Source: Phycisphaerales bacterium
GTDB taxonomy: Bacteria > Planctomycetota > Phycisphaerae > WQYP01
NCBI GenBank assembly: GCA_027451365.1
Contig: DAIDJN010000011.1
Coordinates: 10,048 to 74,047, forward strand
DNA length: 64,000 nt
Direction of reading: 5' to 3'
Below are positions 10,602 to 20,065 of the stretch, in pieces (position 1 is the stretch's first letter; the number at the start of each line of letters is the position of its first letter). The position numbers and the translations under genes are program-made. The notes under the pieces were generated by a model, which made no database searches, was not told where the DNA came from, and was given only the letters and a program-made list of their open reading frames with translations.

Positions 10602-11477
10602 TCATTCAGCGAGCCGCTTCCCAATCCTGCTTCGCAACGCCAAGCCGATTCCTCCAGCCAATGCGCCCGCCAGCAGCAGTCCAAAAGACGCAGGCACCGG
10701 CACGGCTGCGCCCGCCGGGGCGGTCAGAACGGGGCTATTAATGTAAAAGTTGTTCCCGTCACCCGAGCCAGCGTTCAGGTCTACCGCTTGAAATCCAGCA
10801 ATACTTCCCGAAAATGTACCGGTGAGAGTGGTTGTTGTCGCAGACGATCCGATTGGCGTAATTGCAAGCGAATAGGCCGTGGCGGAGGTGAGCGTGTACG
10901 TCAAATTCAGACCAAAGTAGGTAAATCCAACGCCCGTTGAGGCACCGGAAATGGTTGCGTCCGAATAGAAATAGTCGCTCGCGCCACCGTTGAAGCCGAA
11001 AGTCAGGATGCTGCTGCCCGTACTGGAAACCAACGTCACGTAATCTGAACCAAGTGTATCAACATCGCCGTTGTCAAAAGCGATGGAAAATGAGTCCCCA
11101 ACCTGCATCGCCCCGGCCGAAAAAGTTCGCGAGGCAGTGGCTGATGCGCCACTATTGGCGTAAAGCCCCCAGGATTTGCTCGGGGTGCCAGTGTCAATGT
11201 CGCTGGTATCGCCGGCGGGCAGCGAATTCCCGTTATCGTTTACGGTCGATGACCCAATGAAAAAGCCGGAGCTGCTCGACCCGGTCAGGGTCCATGCCGA
11301 ATAACCAGTGCCACCGGTGCTTCCGTTTGTCCAGCTTGTGTAATTGGAAGCAGCATCCGAAGCTATCACGCCGGCCTGACAACTGGCAGCACCGAGTAGT
11401 GCAGCCATCGCCGCCAGCGGCATCAATCGACCGGATAAGCCAGAAATTCCAAACTGATTTACTAAGTTCTTGATCAT
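10602..11477 (-). CDS. PEP-CTERM-like (VPVP variant) protein (paralog A)
   Basis: Signal peptide, ASDAASNY..W.NG..GGTGY..W motif, VPVPASFGLLLAG...RSR tail; GGGAG RBS. Confidence 0.85.
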   Translation of the reverse strand: MIKNLVNQFGISGLSGRLMPLAAMAALLGAASCQAGVIASDAASNYTSWTNGSTGGTGYSAWTLTGSSSSGFFIGSSTVNDNGNSLPAGDTSDIDTGTPSKSWGLYANSGASATASRTFSAGAMQVGDSFSIAFDNGDVDTLGSDYVTLVSSTGSSILTFGFNGGASDYFYSDATISGASTGVGFTYFGLNLTYTLTSATAYSLAITPIGSSATTTTLTGTFSGSIAGFQAVDLNAGSGDGNNFYINSPVLTAPAGAAVPVPASFGLLLAGALAGGIGLALRSRIGKRLAE

Positions 11478-11637
11478 AAAGAAGGTCTCCCTAAAAAGGT
11501 GTAAAAAAAACAGATATCATGAAATCCGCAGCGGCGAAAGAATTAATCCCTCATCATCCGTGCAGGCTTCCAACCAATACTTCGGGGCGACAGGTCGTTC
11601 CAAATCGCTCCCGGCTTGCCGCCCGTTTCCGGCATTT

Positions 11638-11653
11638 AGTGAACCGGTTAATC
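11638..11653. promoter_or_regulatory. LacI-type operator O2
   Basis: AGTGAACCGGTTAATC, same core as O1, in the leader of the 10602..11477 gene. Confidence 0.6.
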
Positions 11654-11867
11654 GAGCGGGCAAAAAAAAACACTCTCGCAACATTCTGCCATCCGCATAG
11701 GCACCGGGCAGACATCACTCTGTTGAACGAATGGCAAGACTTCGCGCAAAACACGTAAAATCAAGCTATTTTTCACTACTTCGCCACCGAATCAGCAACT
11801 AGCGACTCTTGGCTAACCAAATTCTCACCGCATCACCGGCAGGTGAAAACAGAACCAGTTGCGAAGT

Positions 11868-11919
11868 AATATAAAACATAAAATCCACCTTGTCAAGGAA
11901 AAAATTGTACCGGTTCAAT
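11868..11919 (-). promoter_or_regulatory. sigma70 promoter for the left arm plus adjacent operator O3
   Basis: Minus strand TTGACA (11896-11891)-17 bp-TATATT (11873-11868); ATTGTACCGGTTCAAT at 11904..11919. Confidence 0.7.
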
Positions 11920-12029
11920 AATCTGCACCACCCGCATCCGATTGCCGCGGCATTATGCGCCCTTCTAACATTTATCGACGGCGGCACTTTCCGAATCGCG
12001 ATTTTTAAACGTAACCCTTATGCGACAGC

Positions 12030-12065
12030 TTGACATTGTTCAATCATATAGTAAACTGGTTAACA
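12030..12065 (+). promoter_or_regulatory. sigma70 promoter of the LacI gene with overlapping operator O4
   Basis: TTGACA (12030)-16 bp-TAAACT; AGTAAACTGGTTAACA at 12050..12065. Confidence 0.65.
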
Positions 12066-12326
12066 ATTGCTAACCGGACAGGTGGTCCGCACCGTCGCTA
12101 CCCATTTCAGGTCGCGAAGGCTCTCCGGCATAACCATTGCCGGTTCAGCGATGCAGTGCTGCACTTTAGTTTGGCGAATGAAACGACATTCACTGAACCT
12201 GAAGTGTCCGCAAGCTTCCGCACTTTGCGGTATGTATATCGTTGTATTGGCAACATGGGAATCCTTGCTGTGGCCGCAAAACCTAAAATTAGCAAACGGC
12301 CAGACCCGCCCGCTGGCGATCTGGCA

Positions 12327-13436
12327 ATGCACGATATTGATGCGGTTTCGCCGCGAAACGTAACCGTCCGTTTTGATGCCCCCCTGCCCGACGACAAACC
12401 CCTGGAAAAGGTGAATATTCGGGATGTGGCCCGCGAAGCTGGTGTTTCAGTCGCCACCGTTTCCATGGTGCTGAACGACAACCCGCGCATCAGTCGTGGC
12501 ACACAGGTCCGTGTTCAGAAAATGATTGAACGCCTCGGTTATCGCCCCAACCGGCTTGCCCAGGGGCTTTCAAGCAAATACACGCAGGTGCTGGCCGTTA
12601 TGCTGCCGCCGCTGCGTCACGCCCTGGCGGATGCCTATTTTGGTGAAATTATCAGCGGCATAGTTGATCGTGCCGGCAAGCTCGGCCATAAAATGATGAT
12701 CGAACAGGCCAAACCACAATTCATAAAAGAAGGTAAACACCTTGAACTTTATGAACGTCGGTTCGTGGACGGTATCTTGTGCCTCGGCTTTAATGAAAAG
12801 CATACGTTCCTTGCGGACCTTGCCGGCCCGCAGTATCCCATGATTCTGGTGGACAACCGATTTGGCGACCAATTACTGGATTGCGTCCATTGTGATTACC
12901 GCCTTGGTGCCGAACAGGCGATGAACTGCCTGCTGCAACTCGGCCACCGCACCATCGGCATGATTTATGCCGCACCAGAAAGTCCCACTTCACGTGATGT
13001 GATGGACGTCTACAAAACCCGCCTGGTCGAGGCTGGCACCGCCCCCGCGGATTCCTGGATGGCCGATGGAATGTTTACCGATGAAGGTGGCGCCGCGGCC
13101 GCGCAGGAACTCATCACCCGGCATCCAAACATTACGGCGATCCTCTGCGGAAATGACAAAATGGCGCTTGGCGCGATCCGCTCCCTTACGCTGCACGGAT
13201 ATCAGGTACCACGCGATGTTTCCATCATCGGCTTTGATGATCTGCAACATCTGGCGTTCAGCAATCCCAGCCTTACCACCGTCCATCTGCCGCTATACGA
13301 ACTTGGTGTGCTGGCCTGCGAACGGCTGATCGAAAAAGTGCGCGGCAAAGTGGAACGGGTTGCCGAAGTGCTGCCCACCCATCTGGTGCTGCGCGAATCC
13401 ACCAGTATGGCGAGGCGTCTGGCCGACGCGCGCTAA
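12327..13436 (+). CDS. LacI/GalR family transcriptional regulator
   Basis: HTH NIRDVAREAGVSVATVSMVLN, LGYRPN..AQGL hinge, DVSIIGFDD, PSLTTVH. Start is ATG 12327 or GTG 12411; the ORF-finder TTG at 12030 is the -35 box. Confidence 0.95.
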   Translation: MHDIDAVSPRNVTVRFDAPLPDDKPLEKVNIRDVAREAGVSVATVSMVLNDNPRISRGTQVRVQKMIERLGYRPNRLAQGLSSKYTQVLAVMLPPLRHALADAYFGEIISGIVDRAGKLGHKMMIEQAKPQFIKEGKHLELYERRFVDGILCLGFNEKHTFLADLAGPQYPMILVDNRFGDQLLDCVHCDYRLGAEQAMNCLLQLGHRTIGMIYAAPESPTSRDVMDVYKTRLVEAGTAPADSWMADGMFTDEGGAAAAQELITRHPNITAILCGNDKMALGAIRSLTLHGYQVPRDVSIIGFDDLQHLAFSNPSLTTVHLPLYELGVLACERLIEKVRGKVERVAEVLPTHLVLRESTSMARRLADAR

Positions 13437-13584
13437 GACAACCTGGCGAATTGCGGGCGGCAACGTTTATCGGGTTTGAGTTTTCACGACCGAATCCAAT
13501 AATAGACTCACGACATACTTCATGATTGCTTTTGGCTTTTCACGGCACCAGCCAGCCGTAACTTTTTATTTGGAATAACATACC

Positions 13585-16239
13585 ATGTTGCCGATGATGA
13601 CACCCCAACGATGCTGGCGATTCACGATCGCATCAGCCCTTCTGATTGCCGCTATTCATGCAGGCGTGCTCGCATCCATATCAGCCAAAGCCGGCGCGGC
13701 ACCGGTCACGGCCGCCGATCCGGTTGGCCATCTGGCAAAAATTGCCGCGAGGGTGGCCCATACCTTCCGCTATCAGGTACCGGCCAATTCACCGGCCCCT
13801 TCCCGCGTGAACCTAGCCGGAGATTTCAATAATTGGTCGCCCACCGCGACCCCCATGACGCCCGCAGGCGCCAAATCGCCCGGAGAATGGTCCGTGACAA
13901 TCCGCCTTACACCGGGATTGCACCATTACAAATTTGTTCTTGATGGCAACCACTGGATTCCTGATCCAGCCGCGGAACTGCGGTTTTCGCAAGAGGATGG
14001 CAATGGCGGCCAGAATTCTGGAATACGCATCCGGTCTGTCTGGCAGCGTATGCCCTCGCCAGCGCCCAATCTGGTGGCCATCCACAGGATCGCCTTTTCC
14101 ACCCACTCCATTGATCAATGCGATGTGGTTACGCCAGATACGCTGCGTTTGACACTGCTGGCGCAGACCGGGTCGTTGACACATGTTGCCGCGCTCATAA
14201 AAGTAAACCGCCACAAGTGGAAAACAGTGCGGTTGTACTCGGAATCAATGGATCGCGATGCGACATCATGGGGAAACATCGCACGTGTACGCGGACCCGA
14301 GGCGCGCTATTGCTTTTCGTTGACCAATGGCCGACAGACCCTGTTCCTGGCCGACGGAGATTTTTACACCACGCCGATCGCGGCCGAGGCTCATGCCTAC
14401 GCCATTGCCATGCGGCCCGCAGTGGTCACGCCCGGTTGGGCAAAAAGGGCGGTCTGGTATGAAATATTTCCCGAACGTTTTGCCAATGGCAGCAAGGCCA
14501 ATGACCCCGCCCATCACATTCCGTGGCGCTGGTCATGGTTTAAACCGTATCAACCGGCCGGCGAAAAAGGAAACTTCTATACTTATGTATACAATAGATT
14601 TTATGGTGGAGACATTCAGGGAATCAGCCAGAAACTCAACTATCTGCGAAAACTGGGCGTTACGGCGCTCTATCTGACACCCATTTTTGAATCCCCGTCA
14701 ATCCACAAATATGATCCATCAGATTTTCGCCATGTCGATGACGGCTTCGGCGTAAAAAATTCGATCGATTTGCTGAAGGGGGAAAAAATACGCGATCCCA
14801 AAACCTGGCAATGGTCCGCGTCCGATAAAATATTTCTGCACTTTATCCGTCAGGCCCACAAGCGGGGATTCAAAGTCATTATTGATGTCCCGTTCGGTCA
14901 TTGCGGTGTTGGCTTCGGCCCATTTCAAAGTGTTTTAAAACTAGGGAAAAAATCTCCCTATGCCGGCTGGTTTGACATTCTTAAATGGGGACCACCCGTC
15001 GTCTACCAGGGCTGGGGACAGGTCGGTGGCAATATGCCCATGTTTCGACATTATCCCGGCAGCGGACTGGCACCCGGCTATTGCCGCTATCTGTTCGCCA
15101 TTACACGGCGCTGGATGGCACCCAACGGAAAAGTCGCTGATGGCATTGATGGCTGGCGGCTGGACACCGCACCGGATGTTCCGCATTCATTCTGGATCGC
15201 CTGGCGAAAAGTGGTCAAAGCCATCAACCCTAAAGCCGTTATTATCGGCGAAATATGGACGCCATCGCAGGCGTGGCTCAACCGTGGGAATCAGTTTGAC
15301 GCCGTCATGAATTACCCGTTCGCGACACTCTGTACACAATTTTTCGCCGCCAATCGGCGCGCCGGCGGCATTGGCATCGGGCCAAAGAGGTTCGGTGCTG
15401 CCCTGGCCAACATGCTAAACTGGTATCCGTGGCAGGTGGATTTAACCCAGCAGAATCTCATTGATAGCCACGATACTGATCGATTTGTCTCGCGGCTTGT
15501 CAACATGAATCTTCCATTTAATGCAGATGACCACCTCCAGAATGGCGACCATTACAGCAGCGCCAAACCGACCGCCGAGGACTATACCCGTTTTAAACAG
15601 GTGGTGGCATTTCAGATGACGTTCCCCGGCGCGCCCATGGTCTGGTATGGCGATGAGGTCGGTATGTGGGGTGCCACCGACCCGTCAGATCGCCAGCCGA
15701 TGCTCTGGAAGAAGCTCATGCCCTACAACGACCCGCAACTGACCATCAACAGATCGCTTCTGCATTTTTACCGCCGCGCCATCGCGGCCCGCCGACTGCT
15801 TCCGCCGCTGGAGATCGGTTCTTATGGCCAGCTTCTGGCGTTCGACCGCCGCGACGTTTTCGCCTTTTTTCGCACCATCCGGCATCAGCACGTGTATGTA
15901 GTGCTGAACCGGAGCAGCCAGCGACGGATCGTCAATCTGCCCCTGTTTCCCGCGGACTGCAATCACCATTTATTCGATTATCTCTCGCAACTGGATTTTC
16001 ACCTGAAAATGCCGGCACATCAAAAAGGGGGTGGCTGGACTCGGCCAGTTCTTATCTTGCGCCATCGCGCAACCGGGAAGATCAGCCCCGGACCGGTTCT
16101 GACGTTGACGCTGAATCCGTGGCAAACCATGATTTTGGCCCGGAAGTCCGTTGAATCCACCACCGGCCTCCAGACTGCGAACAACACCGGCAAACCCTCG
16201 GCGGGTAACCATGTCATGGAGAGCCGATTGCAGAGATAG
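13585..16239 (+). CDS. Secreted GH13 neopullulanase/cyclomaltodextrinase-like glycosidase with CBM48 (glycogen-binding) domain
   Basis: Signal peptide; VNLAGDFNNW...HYKFVLDG.W..DP (CBM48/AMPK-type); YEIFPERFANG; GGDIQGI..KLNYL; DGWRLD; IGEIW; SHD; YGDEVGM. Confidence 0.92.
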   Translation: MLPMMTPQRCWRFTIASALLIAAIHAGVLASISAKAGAAPVTAADPVGHLAKIAARVAHTFRYQVPANSPAPSRVNLAGDFNNWSPTATPMTPAGAKSPGEWSVTIRLTPGLHHYKFVLDGNHWIPDPAAELRFSQEDGNGGQNSGIRIRSVWQRMPSPAPNLVAIHRIAFSTHSIDQCDVVTPDTLRLTLLAQTGSLTHVAALIKVNRHKWKTVRLYSESMDRDATSWGNIARVRGPEARYCFSLTNGRQTLFLADGDFYTTPIAAEAHAYAIAMRPAVVTPGWAKRAVWYEIFPERFANGSKANDPAHHIPWRWSWFKPYQPAGEKGNFYTYVYNRFYGGDIQGISQKLNYLRKLGVTALYLTPIFESPSIHKYDPSDFRHVDDGFGVKNSIDLLKGEKIRDPKTWQWSASDKIFLHFIRQAHKRGFKVIIDVPFGHCGVGFGPFQSVLKLGKKSPYAGWFDILKWGPPVVYQGWGQVGGNMPMFRHYPGSGLAPGYCRYLFAITRRWMAPNGKVADGIDGWRLDTAPDVPHSFWIAWRKVVKAINPKAVIIGEIWTPSQAWLNRGNQFDAVMNYPFATLCTQFFAANRRAGGIGIGPKRFGAALANMLNWYPWQVDLTQQNLIDSHDTDRFVSRLVNMNLPFNADDHLQNGDHYSSAKPTAEDYTRFKQVVAFQMTFPGAPMVWYGDEVGMWGATDPSDRQPMLWKKLMPYNDPQLTINRSLLHFYRRAIAARRLLPPLEIGSYGQLLAFDRRDVFAFFRTIRHQHVYVVLNRSSQRRIVNLPLFPADCNHHLFDYLSQLDFHLKMPAHQKGGGWTRPVLILRHRATGKISPGPVLTLTLNPWQTMILARKSVESTTGLQTANNTGKPSAGNHVMESRLQR

Positions 16240-16333
16240 CGTTTATCGGCACACCACTGAATTGATATGTGCGGCAAACCGTGGTTTGGTCTAAAATGAG
16301 CAGCCTTAAGTTTTAACTCTGGCCGGAGTTCTG

Positions 16334-18940
16334 GTGATGTCGCTCTCCAATCCGCTGCTGATCAAGCCGATTCTTACCTTAGGCATCGCGTTTCTGTTTT
16401 TTATGCTGATCGCCGCGGTCTGGCATTTGGCAAAAATTCTTGCCGGAAAGCTTTTCGCCCGGATTGGCGCTAACAAAAACAAAGCTCTTTCAGCCGGCGT
16501 GCTGCCCGCGGCCTGGCGGCGGTTCAGCCGTGGATGTTCGTGGACGCTGGTGATCCTGACCATCGCGGTTGTCACTTGGTCGTTTTTTCGGGTCGGCATG
16601 GAGGCCCTTGGCGGATACAGGCAAGGCCGCTCCGTCATTACGCTGCGCATTCTGCATTGGGGATCTCCTTCGGAAGATCGCATAGTCCGCAGGCTGATTC
16701 AGAATTTTGAAGCCCACCACCCCCATGTGAGGGTTCAGGACATCAACGATTCCGGCGACTACCCGGCAAAACTCAAGACCATGTTCGCCGCCGGAGCGCC
16801 ACCGGATCTGTTCTATATGCCGGGCAGCAGTTTTTTGCGATTGGCGCGCGACGGCCTTCTGCTTAATTTGACTCCGCTGATTGCCCGGCAGCGCGCGAAG
16901 GGACATTTTTTATGGCTGGGCGACATGTACCCGGCACTGCGCAAGGCTTATGAATTCAATGGTCGTACAGTCGGGTCTGGAAATCTTTACGGGCTGCCAA
17001 AAGACTGCTCATCCATGGTGTTTTATGTGAATATAAATCTTTTCCACAGAGCACATCTGCCCATCCCATGGCACGGGTGGACCTGGCATACTTTCCACCA
17101 GGACGCCCGAATCATCTCCAAATTGCCCGCCGATTCCAATGGTCCATTTTACGGGGCGGTTATCAACACCGCCCCGCTGGAATTTCAGAATATCATCTGG
17201 TCATTTGGCGGACATTTTTTTTATCATGCAAATTGCCGCCGACCCGCGTTGGACTCGCCGGCCGCACAGGCCGCGATGAATTTGGTTTATACGATGCGTT
17301 TCAAGGATCACAGTGCGTTTAATGCCACAGGAATCGCGCATCACGGAAGCGAGGAATTCTATCGTGGTCAGGTTGGCGCCATTGGCCCGCAGGGACGCTG
17401 GACCACCGTTCCTTATCGGTACATTCGGAATTTTAAATGGGACGTTGTGCCCGTGCCCCACGGAGCCAGAAACATTTCCAGCATAACCACAGTGGCCTGG
17501 TCGATTGCGGCGGCCACCCACCATCCGCGCCATTCCGTGGAACTGCTACGCTTTCTATGCGGACCACGTGGCCAGTCGATTCAAGCCAAACTGGGCCTTT
17601 CCATTCCCTCCCTCGAATCCGTCGCACATTCCACGGCGTTTCTCGTTCCCGGCCAGATTCCGGCACACTCCCAGTTATTCCTGACCGCTCTGGCACATGG
17701 CAGATTGCCTCGAGCCTTTGCGCATCATGCGGAATTTCGCTCCATTCTTCAACAGGAAATCACTGCCGCCCTTCGGCTGGGCATCAAGAGTCCGCTGGCC
17801 GCCGCGCATGCGATCACGCGGCGTTGGAAGGCGCTGCGGGACGCCTCACGGAATCAATCAGATCATCCCCCGATGCCCTGGCGATTTCTGGCCATTGTCA
17901 CCACCATGGCACTTGCACTGCCTCTTATTTGGTGGCTGTGGCGTATCCTGAGAACCGATGCCAAATACGCGAGAAATAGAATCGGCGTGCTGTTTATCTC
18001 TCCCTGGCTGATAGGATTTTGCGCACTTACCGCCGGCCCCATGACCCTTTCCCTTTATCTTTCGCTCACCCACTGGACGGCCATTCAACCGCTGGCGGAC
18101 GCCCGGTTCACCGGGCTGCGGAACTATCATGATATACTTCTGGCGGATCATAATGTTTTTCACGCTTTGTGGCTGACCCTGCTGTACGTGGTCCTGTTAA
18201 TTCCCCTTGGCCAAGGCCTGGGGCTGGCACTGGCCATTCTGGTCAATACGCGCACCGCGGGCATTCGATTTTTCCGAACCGCCTTTTTTCTTCCATCTGT
18301 TGTCAGCGGTGTGGCCATGGCCACGCTTTGGCTTGGCATGTTCAATGCGGATTACGGCCTGGTGAATGCGGTGCTTGCGCCGGTCCTCAATTTACCATCC
18401 AGTTTGCTTGGCTTTCTGGCCGGCCTGCCAGGGTTGCAGCAGCCATTCGCCTCATGGTCCGCGGCGGTCCATGTGGCCCCGCCAGACTGGTTCGGCCTGG
18501 ATGCACGCCATTGGGCGGTTCCCGGTTTTGTGCTGATGGGATTATGGGGCATTGGCAGTGCCATGATTATTTATCTGGCCGGCCTGAAGGCCATCCCCGA
18601 ATCTTTTCACGAATCTGCCCGCGTGGATGGTGCCGGCGCATTTCGGCGCTTCTGGCACATTACACTTCCAATGCTTTCTCCTCTTGTTTTTTTCAATGTC
18701 GTCATGGCCATGATCGGCTCTTTCCAGATATTCACCCAGGTGCAGGTCATGACCAACGGAGGCCCGGACAAGGCCACCAATTTCTACGTCCTTTATCTTT
18801 ATCATCAGGCGTTTGAGTATTACCACATGGGCTACGCCTCGGCTCTGGCGTGGCTGTTGTTTGCACTTCTGCTGACACTGACACTTCTATTATTCAGAGT
18901 GTCGCGCCGCTGGATTTATTACGAGGCATTCCGCGAATGA
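16334..18940 (+). CDS. Sugar ABC transporter: solute-binding protein fused to MalF-type permease
   Basis: KLKTMFAAGAPPDLFYM and LYGLPKD (SBP family 1), followed by FISPWLIGF, FFRTAFFLPSV and EAA loop IPESFHESARVDGAG. Confidence 0.9.
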   Translation: MMSLSNPLLIKPILTLGIAFLFFMLIAAVWHLAKILAGKLFARIGANKNKALSAGVLPAAWRRFSRGCSWTLVILTIAVVTWSFFRVGMEALGGYRQGRSVITLRILHWGSPSEDRIVRRLIQNFEAHHPHVRVQDINDSGDYPAKLKTMFAAGAPPDLFYMPGSSFLRLARDGLLLNLTPLIARQRAKGHFLWLGDMYPALRKAYEFNGRTVGSGNLYGLPKDCSSMVFYVNINLFHRAHLPIPWHGWTWHTFHQDARIISKLPADSNGPFYGAVINTAPLEFQNIIWSFGGHFFYHANCRRPALDSPAAQAAMNLVYTMRFKDHSAFNATGIAHHGSEEFYRGQVGAIGPQGRWTTVPYRYIRNFKWDVVPVPHGARNISSITTVAWSIAAATHHPRHSVELLRFLCGPRGQSIQAKLGLSIPSLESVAHSTAFLVPGQIPAHSQLFLTALAHGRLPRAFAHHAEFRSILQQEITAALRLGIKSPLAAAHAITRRWKALRDASRNQSDHPPMPWRFLAIVTTMALALPLIWWLWRILRTDAKYARNRIGVLFISPWLIGFCALTAGPMTLSLYLSLTHWTAIQPLADARFTGLRNYHDILLADHNVFHALWLTLLYVVLLIPLGQGLGLALAILVNTRTAGIRFFRTAFFLPSVVSGVAMATLWLGMFNADYGLVNAVLAPVLNLPSSLLGFLAGLPGLQQPFASWSAAVHVAPPDWFGLDARHWAVPGFVLMGLWGIGSAMIIYLAGLKAIPESFHESARVDGAGAFRRFWHITLPMLSPLVFFNVVMAMIGSFQIFTQVQVMTNGGPDKATNFYVLYLYHQAFEYYHMGYASALAWLLFALLLTLTLLLFRVSRRWIYYEAFRE

Positions 18941-19902
18941 CACAGCCAAGCCCAATGCCGAAGATCCAAAACGCCCCCGCCCCACCGGTGGGAGCCCGCG
19001 TTCGTCGGTTCGCCCGATGGCTTCTGGCCCCGTATACAGATCTGCTGGACCTTCTTCAATACCGGCACGAGCGCAAATATTCGCGCGCACGCATGGCCCT
19101 GATCGCCGGATTGCTGTTGCTGGCGGGTACCGCCTTTATAGCCCCGTGGCTTTTTATGCTAAGCGGCAGTCTAAAAAGCGAACAGGCCATGCAGGCAGGC
19201 GGATTCAATCTATTTCCCCGCAATCTGCATTTGATGAATTATCCGCGAGCGCTCGTCCGGATGCACTTTATCAATGCCCTGGCCAACACTATTTTCGTTA
19301 CGACTCTTTGCGTCCTGGGCCAGGTCATATCCAGTTCGCTGGTCGGCTTCGGTTTTGCCCGCCATCGCTTCTTTGGAAAAAATACACTGTTTGTCATCAT
19401 GCTTTCCACGCTGATGCTGCCCGCCCAGGTTACCATCATTCCCGTCTTTCTTTTGTTCCGATCGCTTGGCTGGATTAATACGTTTCTTCCCCTGATAATT
19501 CCCGCCTGGCTCGCGTCGCCATTTTTTGTGTTCATGTTCCGCCAGTTCTTTGCCCAGATTCCGGAAGAACTTATTGAGGCCGCCCGAATGGATGGCTGCT
19601 CGGAATGGACAATCTATCTAAGGCTCATGCTGCCCCTGTCTGCGCCGGTGATCGCCATTACCGCCATCTTCAGCTTTCTGGGCGCCTGGAACGATTATTT
19701 TTCTCCGCTGATTTATCTTGATTCTCCACGGCGCTACACGCTGGCTCTGGCACTGGCTGGGTTCAACGGGCAATATGGCGTCACACATCCACAATATCTG
19801 CTGGCGGCAAGCTGCGTCACCATGCTTCCCTGCCTGGTTCTTTTCTTCGCCGCGCAGCGCTATTTCGTGGAAAGCCAGACTTTTACCGGAATCAAAGGCT
19901 GA
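18937..19902 (+). CDS. Carbohydrate ABC transporter permease (MalG type)
   Basis: ATGA overlap with the previous stop; FRQFFAQIPEELIEAARMDG EAA motif; FLGAWNDY. Confidence 0.93.
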   Translation: MTQPSPMPKIQNAPAPPVGARVRRFARWLLAPYTDLLDLLQYRHERKYSRARMALIAGLLLLAGTAFIAPWLFMLSGSLKSEQAMQAGGFNLFPRNLHLMNYPRALVRMHFINALANTIFVTTLCVLGQVISSSLVGFGFARHRFFGKNTLFVIMLSTLMLPAQVTIIPVFLLFRSLGWINTFLPLIIPAWLASPFFVFMFRQFFAQIPEELIEAARMDGCSEWTIYLRLMLPLSAPVIAITAIFSFLGAWNDYFSPLIYLDSPRRYTLALALAGFNGQYGVTHPQYLLAASCVTMLPCLVLFFAAQRYFVESQTFTGIKG

Positions 19903-20065
19903 CCATTCCGGCAAACATCGGTAAAATCCATTCCGTTACGATAACCCGCACTCCAGCCGGAAAACAAGTCTCGACACCTCCATTTTCCAAATGGACAGTC
20001 CGTTGGGAACAGCTTACCAATCTCGCTCCAATCGCCTATAATTCAAAGGGACTTTTGGAGACTCA

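Noticed and set aside
12030..12326. ORF-finder N-terminal extension of LacI (468 aa)
   Set aside because: The TTG start is the -35 hexamer of a promoter overlapped by an operator, and the extension has no LacI-like features
16275..16288. CAAACCGTGGTTTG palindrome before the ABC genes as a fifth operator
   Set aside because: Two extra central bases break the AACCGGTT spacing and no well-spaced promoter overlaps it
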